DNA from: Bacteroidales bacterium
Lineage (GTDB): Bacteria; Bacteroidota; Bacteroidia; Bacteroidales; UBA4181
NCBI GenBank assembly: GCA_031551935.1
Contig: JAVBMZ010000088.1
Location: forward strand, 1-54,649
Length of the DNA stretch: 54,649 nt
Direction of reading: 5' to 3'
Positions 10,601-17,309 of this stretch are shown piece by piece (within the stretch, counting starts at the first letter, position 1; each line of letters opens with the position of its first letter). The translations under genes and the position numbers were made by a program. Under the pieces are notes generated by a model, which saw only the letters and a list, made by a program, of their open reading frames with translations, was not told the DNA's origin and did not search any database.

Positions 10601-11397
10601 TTACTGCTGCCAGAACCTTCTCCATAGCCAAATTGGATATAGCGTGGATCAAGATTTCGCGCAAGATCTCCCATTTTTGCAGCACAATTCAACCGGCTGA
10701 AATCAGTAAATCGAATGGTAGCCTCCTGTCCTACACATACCGGATAAATATGCGTTTTAGCGTTGGACTCTTTTAGAATCAAAGGGCTTGATCCTGAATA
10801 ATCGTCTGTTTGAAAGTATTGGGCAATATCTTTGATTTGCACAGCATTGTCAGACGAAAAAATAATGGCGTCTGATGGACGATGGCTACTTTTATATTTA
10901 AGATATACGTGTAGTTGAAAGGAGCATACATCGTGCCCTTTAGCATAAATATGTTCAAATTCACTGTCATAGTTGGCATTGAGATCATCACCATCACTGA
11001 AATAATATTTATAAGTGTTTTTCGTACGCGTAACCCTACCCGGTTTGATATTGATTTGAGACGACGTACCATCGCCCCATTCCACCACAATGGCCATATC
11101 TGTTGCTAAATTCGGATAGTTAACGCTATCACATCCTTGTGCGCCAAATGTTGTTCCGAGACTAAAAGAGCCGGCAATCTTTAATGTGATGGGTGCACAT
11201 TTTCCATCCCGATTGACATCGATAGATTTAGCATACACATCTAAACAGTCCGTACTTTGTCCATGAGCGTTTTCGCTTATGGTAAATCCAATAATCGCAC
11301 ACATCAACAGACACTTCCACAGGATCGTCAATTTGGCTTTTTTGCCAACAGATGTTTGTCTCATATTCATATACGACAGTTGTGTTTCATTAAGCAT
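1624..11397 (-). CDS. Giant secreted Ig-like/PKD-repeat adhesin-like protein with a T9SS type-B (gliding-motility-associated, CHU_C-like) C-terminal sorting domain
   Basis: Single ORF 1624..11442. The C-terminus LPNAFKPS.DG..ND...IFNRWGQMIFE....GWNG......EGIYIYKIEG......SKMGDLLLLR fits the type-B CTD pattern. Upstream of it are 6-7 PKD-type domains (VWDFGDGS, WRYGDGE, WWFGDGT, WKFGDGS, WDWGDNS). The centre holds about 20 tandem 75-100 aa modules ending in NGC.S/GC..-...-P.P boundaries. There is a signal-anchor LTILWKCLLMCAIIGFTISENAHGQ. I placed the start at the ATG at 11397 (MLNETQ...) by homology with the paralog leader; 11442 and two downstream ATGs remain possible. Confidence 0.9.
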   Translation of the reverse strand: MLNETQLSYMNMRQTSVGKKAKLTILWKCLLMCAIIGFTISENAHGQSTDCLDVYAKSIDVNRDGKCAPITLKIAGSFSLGTTFGAQGCDSVNYPNLATDMAIVVEWGDGTSSQINIKPGRVTRTKNTYKYYFSDGDDLNANYDSEFEHIYAKGHDVCSFQLHVYLKYKSSHRPSDAIIFSSDNAVQIKDIAQYFQTDDYSGSSPLILKESNAKTHIYPVCVGQEATIRFTDFSRLNCAAKMGDLARNLDPRYIQFGYGEGSGSSNIDGIKINGLPFTSTFYDGGTKQNDGDKAKIILNSNDDYPSTGISTSQIFVPGNTTVADIGKEFYVTMYNWNQCNLDPGNRAIAIKTEAIVRIVPAPEKPEEQEKIVCVGSEPAAYNITLTHSAPLTNGKYEWYLDDGTGTQPDEVKGVIFSTTTQNFNPTDAQFIKYIDEARLYPSVAAKKIYWVKYVQTNQETNVFNEYNCESPYAKIVFFNLDQLTPPPAEFLQACIGETITLYAMGAGGTLQQSVADPTRFHVQYRWTFGSGVIFVDANADSTQVKVKLTATGALTATVTKRWREYPDICTPPNAMKIITVHALPTVNISGINDLCEGESATIIVKNFGGSLVADRSFKIQLTGQATASTFTVPSTNPQERLTSIPYSGLDPLASGGIHEIRVLTLMDMVTGCVNDGLTSSVQVVTRPRLTLTTPAAISGKDEVCEGSSVPYTMAGASADTKTITDGGSNTTTRTTQFKWTFDSNPVQPSTSTPATFQVGSAVDRITNGVRNVSVQWQYTTPTVINGSASTNYCPSNTLNKPIQVLPKPTAIIHPAELFLCVGAQGDILVNFTGTPNKDWKYFLKNTPGSSYTSPYQSLVPGNGSGKVANHTPYGGNLSFPTAGTYTFTLDSVSQGQCSNSSLNNATIQIEVMQSPNVTIAANVPNCEAANATIPITISGAGYNNATEFLVTYTSSYMAGSQPPQRFRGTGNHQLIIDKTIINQADGAQTYITLTSVTEITKDTGGTILIECTTSLSNVYTITTVAKPTAANAGADDGVCWTPTTKTISLVANSPSGHNGAWRTISGPTCAGTSFSNLADPNAVFTSGCAGIYLLEWSLSNGSVCPPSRDTVKLTFGSLPGTASIIGDKDQRICGTTAILKGNVASAGEEGKWILTSSPPGAQPVSFTDVHSHQTRVQVVTYGEYKFRWTLSTPCGLPSQSDEVILTFIESPVVNPVANQEICSGASSNIAPFTSTTAGVTFGWSEKRLPTGALNTGTGNYTNKVFTNADGVNKDAYRIGVVAKNNGCISDSVSFTLTVKPKPQMSRPDSTVCAGTPVVFKLAKNIAGDYPVNYQWENTGNPAITSAVSPQIINNNPFTYSLPTTNVGNDSITGLFKISANVNGCVSDILRLMVQVNPIPNITVPADMGYCPNTPVPAGTIVFSSTVKKTEFIWGHQSGSYTSAPLLQGSKTATGSDLSVALDAFTTIDNTSASISETIRVSGTANGCTSPDKTFKISVNQRPNFSINNQTACPEDDGSVTFAPRFFVSNNVALPASVTYTWAVYDASNHMEKDGTGNFENTIFNPDATRFMLDNLTLNDKELNMVVEGSANGCVGTATAKLIIKARPIIELTPQVACPGDQVNITFRSRQVSGVSNYSFVWNNDETATGLSASGSVIGFSDASNVIQGNIPSFIATNSANTTFIQGNIRVRASYPYVKEGATAYCVGPEQTTTLTINPRPQLKNIPNDQTICAGVRVPKVPLTTQLTDPQVQVTYAWNTIMGSNLNIFSNSSISSGYGYGDSIPGFTAVYHANPAPTARINVTAAATYNGLGCTSSASYQITVQQAPSITAPASVAVCPGKWVLLSGISNSTSDPIYWTFDGVSDIIDPVKSDNYPSSGTGTPPSFWAVPNHTGSPIERYYTLKTSNTQYACTAPDKKIKVVLNPTPDVFFEGTPRLAYCDGSNVTLPDFKSNPILNGLGTITYHWERPSQLLNIGGAASGTTSSNHVTTHIPFFEAKNPSENKLKEVSNEYRVYATLNGCVGDTMSFQLTVHPVPQMYDIAHIASCSGTEITPDEFRLLPTIEPLPADADTNPDYFSWEITSPSQWFPESGIPGPPFGPVRGYLPTFTPDTIWGNMPQSIVIRVTPELNNCPGESKNILLTVNPIPQTAISAFGDNCIPADGIKAYDVDSYKADSKYTWGIEHPNPSTGIQPVFMNGANTGGRVRLQFDAGFDRVWEADLTLVEQNVFGCTGEKVFKHIAVMPKPIVDAGPDTVICSGQALVLNAKLVRGHSSNVTYEWNGGSISSDRNSLHPVINLTYTTPTVVSMYLRAILDGSCQGDFDTIRILVNPTPQALNFEDKAYCTSDKFMKMDISGGITHQVHWQRIEGTTAPYIYQNINNSTDSVSLSMNLASIHPNALPNSHFTTDTTIMYQVYQINQITGCTSPVSVAQMLIKQVPERPVIQDVAYCYKEQHIYHLEAQAIPQGQYSYIAWYEDAGKQNRLGDGIGYDIFQAGSSTFNGVNYVPFKYYAVAIGTSGCHSEMTEANLTIYPAPDVDFEHNFMSPNSRVCPPTPVIFTNKSVNTDLVTYVWDFGDGSALYPVNTLDSITYRYTNSTTQLSTKHIFLTATNSFGCVKSTDQFLSVGPQVIAEFVADTVGCAPVNIQFVSTTIGATGYRWRYGDGEPDDIDKKTTNHLFNNNTISELKYDVRLVTSNRWCSDSVSHAVHIYPKPNADFSVDVSQGCQPLVVIFNNTSNNLASDISYAYNFDDTFVDVSGDVLIPHEYPNLSGQSIRKQPTLTATNEWGCIATHSTDIIVAPYIKANFIMNKDAGCSPLRIDFTNGSEGYMDSEWWFGDGTTSLDKNTRHTFNNPSMSVDANYKVTLIVSTGGVGGCTDTMTRTVKVYGTPKAQFTLSPLTQDYIGRAPIAMNHLISDSPLQYTWSVAPYGSYTRGNVISHDAHPSPYMIDTWGKFDFQQKITNNAGLCPDSLKVTVTIIAPAPVAGFEPVAPGCAPYKVQFIPQAPSYADYYEWKFGDGSYASYATNPEHTYWDAGTYVVKLIVRNSNGQADSIEHTVVVNPTPQIVFEVKPESMSVGQSVRAFNYTNHATSTGQSYPVWYRWDWGDNSPTDTLANPLHVYQKAGDFTITLTAGTYTNPQCVASVSLTKTLQVNDTEDIVLPNAFKPSIDGVPSNDIHPSGYQNNLFYPPVLSPVRKYSLTIFNRWGQMIFETKDPTKGWNGYHNGRLCDEGIYIYKIEGVFETGQSFSKMGDLLLLR

Positions 11398-11451
11398 AGC
11401 ATGTATACAATGTTTTTCACCATATACACGAGATGATAACATCCCTTAATC

Positions 11452-11486
11452 CATATACGACATATCCGTTAAAAAAGTTTCAACAA
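11452..11486 (-). promoter_or_regulatory. Conserved upstream box, copy B, in front of the giant gene
   Basis: CATATACGACATATCCGTTAAAAAAGTTTCAACAAG. The downstream leader is also homologous between copies (CGTATATGAGAAAA vs TGTATATGGTGAAAAA on the minus strand). Confidence 0.4.
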
Positions 11487-11639
11487 GAAACAAAGGCAAG
11501 CGATAAACACCTAGGCTTTGTATATTTCGCTACTATATATAATATGCATTGAAATACAATAGCTTAAAGCAAAAATCAGACGCTGCCACTCACCTCCGGA
11601 TTTTTGTATCTGTTTTTATCGTATATTGCGGTTCCATCA

Positions 11640-11668
11640 TCACGGTTTCCACTCATAGCGTATTTTTG
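11640..11668 (+). promoter_or_regulatory. Candidate Bacteroidota sigma-A promoter for the relA/spoT-family gene
   Basis: TATTTTTG at 11661..11668 fits the -7 consensus TAnnTTTG, about 30 nt upstream of the ATG at 11699. A TTTC lies near the -33 position. Confidence 0.3.
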
Positions 11669-11698
11669 CCAATAATTCGGAAATAATTTTATCTGGCG

Positions 11699-13906
11699 AT
11701 GAAAAAAACATCAGAAAAAATATTCGTTAATCGAGAGACCGAACGTAAATATCGGGCTTTGTTGCGGGCTGGAAAAACAGTTTTACAACCGGATGGTCAT
11801 CAGGATATCCGCAAAACGTTCAGCATGGTGCTCCAGGCGACTTCTGATGACAACACGATTTATGGACAGTCTGCCATAGATTTCGGACTCGATTTAGCCT
11901 TGATCGCTATTGATGAGTTGGGACTCCGTAAGCCAGCCGTATTAGCATCGTTGCTCTACCATTTTGTGCCGTCGGGCGCTATACAGTTAGCGCAAATACG
12001 AGAAACTTTTGGGGAAAAAGTGGTTGTGATTACCAGTGAGTTATCCCGTATATCCGGGATTAGTGTCAATGACACGGTACATCAAGCCGAAAATTTTCGA
12101 AATATGTTGATGTCAATGATCTCCGACATCAGTGTTATCCTAATCAAACTTGGTGAACGTCTGCAATTGATGCGTATGTTGGATCAGTTTCCCGAGAATG
12201 AACGTTACCAGTTTGCTTCTGACACTTTTTACTTGTTTGCTCCTCTGGCGCACCGATTAGGGTTGTACAATATCAAATCGGAAATGGAAGATTTGTCATT
12301 AAGACAGATTCAACCTGATGCTTACCAAACCATCACCCGTAAATTGGCTGAAACAACGACCAAGCGGAACCGGTTTATCCGAGAATTCATACAGCCTATC
12401 AATGATGCATTAAAACAACAAGGGATGGATTTCGAGGTAAAGGCAAGGCTAAAGTCTGTATACTCCATCTACAACAAGATGGTAAAACAACAGGTTGATT
12501 TTGAAGAAGTATACGACCTGTTTGCTATAAGGGTCATCATTCATTCCGAATCCAGTAAAGAAAAATCAGATTGTTGGCACGTATATTCTGTCATCACAGA
12601 CTTGTATCAACCTAACCCGTTGCGTATGCGCGATTGGATTTCGGTACCCAAGTCCAATGGTTATGAATCGCTACATACTACCGTCATCGGACCCGAAGGA
12701 AGATGGGTCGAAGTTCAGATACGTACCGTACGGATGAATGAGGTGGCCGAAAAAGGTTTGGCTGCTCATTGGAAATATAAGGGCGGACAAGCTGATGAGC
12801 AAATGGAGAAATTGTTGGAACAGATACGTGAAAGCTTGGAATCAACCGATTCAGAGTTGCCTGATCGCTTGGACAACATGCAATTGAATCTTTATGCAAA
12901 GGAGATTTTTGTGTTCACACCCAAAGGAGATTTGCGTAAGCTACCTGTAGGGTCTACGGTACTTGATTTCGCCTTCGACATTCATTCAGGCATAGGTGCT
13001 ATTTGCGTGGGAGCAAAAGTGAATGGAAAAAATATGCCCATCCGACATGTACTACAAAACGGCGATAAAGTGGAAATCATTACCTTCAAAAACCAGAAGC
13101 CTAATTCCGATTGGTTGTCATTTGTGGTGACATCCAAAGCCCGTAGCAGGATCAAGGTATTGCTGAAAGATGAAGAACGTAAGGTTTCTGAACAGGGGCG
13201 CGAAATATTGATGCGCCGTTTCAAAAACTGGAAGATGACATTGGATGACAATGTGTTGAAAATCATCCAAAAAATGTATAAGGTGAAGACTTACACCGAA
13301 GTATATGCTTTGGCTGTTGATGATAAAATTGATTTTTCCGCACTCAAAGAACAGATCTTAGAAAAAGAAGACAAACAAAAATCCCCTGAAAAAATTGACG
13401 AGCAGGCAGTGGTAAAACTTGCCCGGCCAGGACATATGAAAGGGAGTGGTAAGGATTTTGTTGTCATCGATGGCAAAGTGGGTGGATGGGATTATAAATT
13501 ATCCAAATGCTGTAATCCGGTATATGGTGATCGTATTTTTGCTTTTGTAACCATCAACGAAGGAGTGAAAATACACCGGGAAAATTGTCCAAATGCCAAA
13601 CAAATGGTCGAAAAATTCGGATATCGGATTTTAGATGCACGGTGGTTAGACACCGAACAGGATTCATTATATCAAGCCGACCTTTGGGTGAGCGGATATG
13701 ATGAAATAGGGATTGTGAGTCGACTGACCGATGTTATTTCCAAAGAAATGAACACACAAATTCGTTCCATTGCATTGCACACCAACGATGGTATTTTTGA
13801 AGGCACCATTTCTGTTTTGGTAAAAGATACCAATTACTTGAATACCCTGATCAACAGGATGAAAAAGGTGAAGGGAATTATCAGTGCCAACAGAACCGCC
13901 ACATAA
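11699..13906 (+). CDS. relA: RelA/SpoT-family (p)ppGpp synthetase with TGS and ACT domains; the N-terminal HD hydrolase motifs appear degenerate
   Basis: Synthetase motifs are present: RLKSVYSIYNKM, DLFAIRVI, NGYESLHTTV, EVQIRT..M...AEKGLAAHWKYKG. A TGS-like block is IFVFTPKGDLRKLPVGSTVLDFAFDIHSGIG, and there is a C-terminal ACT-like region. Confidence 0.85.
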   Translation: MKKTSEKIFVNRETERKYRALLRAGKTVLQPDGHQDIRKTFSMVLQATSDDNTIYGQSAIDFGLDLALIAIDELGLRKPAVLASLLYHFVPSGAIQLAQIRETFGEKVVVITSELSRISGISVNDTVHQAENFRNMLMSMISDISVILIKLGERLQLMRMLDQFPENERYQFASDTFYLFAPLAHRLGLYNIKSEMEDLSLRQIQPDAYQTITRKLAETTTKRNRFIREFIQPINDALKQQGMDFEVKARLKSVYSIYNKMVKQQVDFEEVYDLFAIRVIIHSESSKEKSDCWHVYSVITDLYQPNPLRMRDWISVPKSNGYESLHTTVIGPEGRWVEVQIRTVRMNEVAEKGLAAHWKYKGGQADEQMEKLLEQIRESLESTDSELPDRLDNMQLNLYAKEIFVFTPKGDLRKLPVGSTVLDFAFDIHSGIGAICVGAKVNGKNMPIRHVLQNGDKVEIITFKNQKPNSDWLSFVVTSKARSRIKVLLKDEERKVSEQGREILMRRFKNWKMTLDDNVLKIIQKMYKVKTYTEVYALAVDDKIDFSALKEQILEKEDKQKSPEKIDEQAVVKLARPGHMKGSGKDFVVIDGKVGGWDYKLSKCCNPVYGDRIFAFVTINEGVKIHRENCPNAKQMVEKFGYRILDARWLDTEQDSLYQADLWVSGYDEIGIVSRLTDVISKEMNTQIRSIALHTNDGIFEGTISVLVKDTNYLNTLINRMKKVKGIISANRTAT

Positions 13907-14125
13907 TAATCATTCATACTAAGAAATCGAAATCTGGCCTTTTTTGTAACCTATAGAACCGTTTTACCGTATAATATTATATGGCCATGTCTCATTTAAC
14001 AACTGATAAGTTTTCAAATAGGTAACAATGAAGATATAGCAGATAAATTAGATAAAATCGTAGTTTTTTTTATTTTTATGAGTTTTTTTTGTTATTTCGC
14101 AAACAATTAATTTATTCGTTTTCTC

Positions 14126-15040
14126 ATGCGATACACCCATTACCCAATTTACTTACTGATTATCAGCGTTTTCGCATTATTATGCAATTCTTGTAGCACC
14201 TGCAGCAGGCAGCAGAAAATTGAAGAAATAACTGTCGATATTGCTGATTTGGCAATAGATTCAAGTCGGATAAATCTGGCACATAGAGTATTTTATGCAT
14301 TACCAACCCCAATCGAAGTGTCGATGTTGATAAAAAATTCCGGTATCGGATATCAACCGGTATTGTTGAACGACGCATCCAATGCATCAAAATATTTGAC
14401 ACATCGTAAAATGGCACTCAATTTGGGTGTTTATACTACCGATTTGACTTATGCCGGGCTTTTCGAACAAGTGCAAACAGTTTTGCGTTATAAGCAGGCA
14501 ATATTATTGTTGACAGAAGGGTTAGGAATTCAAGCGGCAATGGACCAAAAGACCATGCAGGATTTGGAAGCCAATATCAACGATAAAGACAAAATTTTGC
14601 GGATCGTTTCCGATATTTATGCTTCATGTACTGCGTATTTGGATGAGGACGAACGTTACTTCCTGACTTTATCTGTTTTGGCTGGCGGTTGGGTCGAAGG
14701 GATGTATATTGCCACCAGTCTTACTGACGAAAAATTAGCTTTAACAGAAGATCGGATGAAACAACTGGTGATAGATCAAAAATTAACTTTTGATTTAATG
14801 TGGCAAGCAATGTCAGATGTGAGTGATATTCCAGAGGTTGCGAGTCTGATGTCTGATATGACTAATTTAGCCCAGGCTTTTGATAAAATCAGTGTCGATC
14901 AGACAACAAATACAGTGATTCAAACGGATGAAAAAGCGACAGAAATCAAGTCTGCAGTGGTCAACAATGTCACTCCTGAATTATATGTAGAAATCAAAAA
15001 CCAAATACAGGCTTTGCGCCATCGTTTTACAAAAAATTAA
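14126..15040 (+). CDS. Hypothetical lipoprotein, predicted helical
   Basis: 304-aa ORF with a signal peptide and Cys lipobox-like LLCNSCS. I recognised no catalytic motif. Confidence 0.6.
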   Translation: MRYTHYPIYLLIISVFALLCNSCSTCSRQQKIEEITVDIADLAIDSSRINLAHRVFYALPTPIEVSMLIKNSGIGYQPVLLNDASNASKYLTHRKMALNLGVYTTDLTYAGLFEQVQTVLRYKQAILLLTEGLGIQAAMDQKTMQDLEANINDKDKILRIVSDIYASCTAYLDEDERYFLTLSVLAGGWVEGMYIATSLTDEKLALTEDRMKQLVIDQKLTFDLMWQAMSDVSDIPEVASLMSDMTNLAQAFDKISVDQTTNTVIQTDEKATEIKSAVVNNVTPELYVEIKNQIQALRHRFTKN

Positions 15041-15046
15041 ACTCCC

Positions 15047-15508
15047 ATGCGACAAAAACATACACTAGCTTTGGCCATTTTATGGGTTTTAGGGATAACG
15101 GCATTATTTTCTTCCGAGGTTCAGGCACAATGTAAATCTTTTGTAAAAAATAATTGCCAACCAAATCTGATGCCATATATTCATGACGGCAGTTATCAAG
15201 CAGTCATCATGAGCGAAGGAGAAGAAGCGGAACTGTATAAAACCATATTTGCAGGACAACAATACCGTTTGTATGTCTGTGTTGACGATAATCTACCCAA
15301 CGTAGAGTTTGTTGTCACCGACATTCATCGAAACATATTGTTCGATAATCGAAAAAATGGTAATGTGAAACAATGGGATTTTAAATCTGATGCCAGCCAA
15401 CAAATTAAAGTCACCATTCGTATCCCTAAAGCGAAAAAGCAAGGTGATAGCGAGCAAGAGCTTATATTCGGGTGCGTTGGTATTATGTTTGGGATATTGG
15501 ATAAATAA
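15047..15508 (+). CDS. Hypothetical secreted protein
   Basis: 153-aa ORF starting 6 nt after the previous stop, with signal peptide ALAILWVLGITALFSSEVQAQ. Confidence 0.6.
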   Translation: MRQKHTLALAILWVLGITALFSSEVQAQCKSFVKNNCQPNLMPYIHDGSYQAVIMSEGEEAELYKTIFAGQQYRLYVCVDDNLPNVEFVVTDIHRNILFDNRKNGNVKQWDFKSDASQQIKVTIRIPKAKKQGDSEQELIFGCVGIMFGILDK

Positions 15509-15569
15509 CATATTTGAAACACCATAAAACTGGAATAACGTATCTCATACGATGAATTCGAATAATTAA

Positions 15570-16253
15570 ATGGGATTAATTGTCATAGAAGGATTAGACG
15601 GTGCAGGTAAGTCAACACAAATCAACAGATTGCGAGATTTTTTGGTTGACCATGGATACCGATGTCGTATGTTACATTTTCCACGTACCGATAGCCCTAT
15701 ATATGGCGATTTAATTGCAAGATTTCTCCGCGGAGAACTTGGAGATATCGAACAAGTCAACCCTTATTTGGTTGCATTAATATATGCAGGCGATCGGTTA
15801 GATTTCAAACCTGAGCTTGAAAATTGGTTGCAGGGAGGTGATATGGTGTTGTTAGACCGATATGTATACTCCAATGTTGCCTATCAGTGTGCCAAGGTGC
15901 AAGATAAAAAAGAGTGTAAGGCTTTGCGTGACTGGATATTTCATTTGGAATTTGAATATCATGGTTTACCCAAGCCCGATTTAAATATCTTTCTCGACGT
16001 GCCTTCTGTATTTACTCGTCAAAAGCTGACGGCCGACAGGAAAGGAAACGAGCGTCATTATTTGCAAGGGAAGAGGGATATACATGAAAATAACCTTGAT
16101 TTCCAGAAAAATGTACGCGATACTTACCTGTCAATGTTGGGTGAAGATGGTTTTGTGAAAGTTGACTGTAGCGACGGACATGTCATGTTGCCTGTCGAAG
16201 AGGTATTTAGCAAAATATTGAACGTGTTAAGTGAAAAAAATATAAAGTTTTAA
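15570..16253 (+). CDS. tmk: Thymidylate (dTMP) kinase
   Basis: P-loop IVIEGLDGAGKSTQ and DRYVYSNVAYQ. The length is typical of the family. Confidence 0.85.
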   Translation: MGLIVIEGLDGAGKSTQINRLRDFLVDHGYRCRMLHFPRTDSPIYGDLIARFLRGELGDIEQVNPYLVALIYAGDRLDFKPELENWLQGGDMVLLDRYVYSNVAYQCAKVQDKKECKALRDWIFHLEFEYHGLPKPDLNIFLDVPSVFTRQKLTADRKGNERHYLQGKRDIHENNLDFQKNVRDTYLSMLGEDGFVKVDCSDGHVMLPVEEVFSKILNVLSEKNIKF

Positions 16254-16268
16254 CTAAATAAGACAACC

Positions 16269-17243
16269 GTGAATAGATTAGTGGTCATAATATTTGTATT
16301 CGCTTGCCTTAGCCCCATCAGGGCGCAACAATACGATTCCGATGCTGTAGAAAGGAACCGTATGGCAAAAGCCAGGGTGAAAGCGCAAACACAATACACA
16401 CATGATTATGTAGATGGTAAACCTTCTGCACAAGGGTATAAATCATCTGTAACACAGTATAATAATAAAGGAGATGCTACTGAGATCACCAATTATAACG
16501 AAGAAGGAAAGGTGATTTCTCTGATCCTTTACCAATACGACAATAAGGGTAACAAGACCAGCTATGAACGTTATCAAGGTAATCGTGAGAAACTGCAATA
16601 CAGTCAAAAGACTGCGTATGATGCCAAAGGGAACAAAGCCAGAGAAAATGGATTTGACGGTGCATCTTTGTATAACAACACGTATAAGTATGATGCGGCA
16701 GATAAACTTATCGAAATATCATATACAGTGGATAACGCCTTAGTCGAAAAACGGACACTCTCATATTCGGGAAATAAAACCATTATTAAGATTTTTAATG
16801 CCAGCAATGTACTGACCTTTAGCCAAGAAAACATCTATAATGCTAAGGGGTTATTGGTCGAGGAAAGAAAACTCAGTGATAATGGTGGGTTGGTGCATAC
16901 AATTGGTTTTCAGTATAATAATGTAGGAAATATTTTGGAAGAAACCAAAAAGCGTGCAGGAGAAAAATTAGATTATCAAAAATTATATGTGTATGATGAT
17001 GCCAATCGCCCTATCAAGGAGGAAACGGTTAATTTAGACGGGACAAGGTTTATTTCGCATGAATATACATATAACAATCTTGGCGATTTGATATTGGAAA
17101 AGTGGAAGAAAAACAATAAGGCAAAAGAAGACTCTACCAAAAAAATCACGTACGATTCTAAAGGCCTCTATACGGAAATGGAATGTTATTTTGCTTCGTA
17201 CAAATTGTTTTCTTTATATAAATATACTTACGAGTTTTTTTAA
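16269..17243 (+). CDS. Secreted protein made almost entirely of YD/RHS-like short repeats
   Basis: GTG start and signal peptide VVIIFVFACLSPIRAQQ. Recurring repeats include YQYDNKGNKTS, AYDAKGNKA, YKYDAADKLIEISY, IYNAKGLLVEE, FQYNNVGNILEE, YVYDDANRPIKEE, YTYNNLGDLILE and ITYDSKGLYTE. Confidence 0.65.
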   Translation: MNRLVVIIFVFACLSPIRAQQYDSDAVERNRMAKARVKAQTQYTHDYVDGKPSAQGYKSSVTQYNNKGDATEITNYNEEGKVISLILYQYDNKGNKTSYERYQGNREKLQYSQKTAYDAKGNKARENGFDGASLYNNTYKYDAADKLIEISYTVDNALVEKRTLSYSGNKTIIKIFNASNVLTFSQENIYNAKGLLVEERKLSDNGGLVHTIGFQYNNVGNILEETKKRAGEKLDYQKLYVYDDANRPIKEETVNLDGTRFISHEYTYNNLGDLILEKWKKNNKAKEDSTKKITYDSKGLYTEMECYFASYKLFSLYKYTYEFF

Positions 17244-17270
17244 TCGGAAAGTTTCACCTAAACATTGAGG

Positions 17271-17309
17271 AAGGACAAACGGATTAAACTGTGTTGTCCT
17301 TTTGTTTTT
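17271..17309 (+). terminator. Candidate intrinsic terminator of the 16269..17243 gene; it overlaps the 3' end of the convergent EamA gene
   Basis: AAGGACAA-15 nt-TTGTCCTT followed by TTGTTTTTC. Confidence 0.45.

Noticed and set aside
265-11109. About 45 plus-strand ORFs of 60-120 aa across 265..11109 (for example 265..555, 1012..1335, 1981..2343, 5923..6258, 7348..7698), plus short minus-strand ORFs nested in other frames
   Set aside because: They are antisense to, or out of frame with, the two giant minus-strand genes, which have continuous and strongly motif-supported frames. Their translations are low-complexity with no recognisable motifs.
14064-14090. Two T8 homopolymer tracts upstream of the 14126 lipoprotein gene as a slipped-strand phase-variation switch
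   Set aside because: The tracts are short for efficient slippage, the promoter elements around them are only weakly definable, and there is no population data. This is purely speculative.
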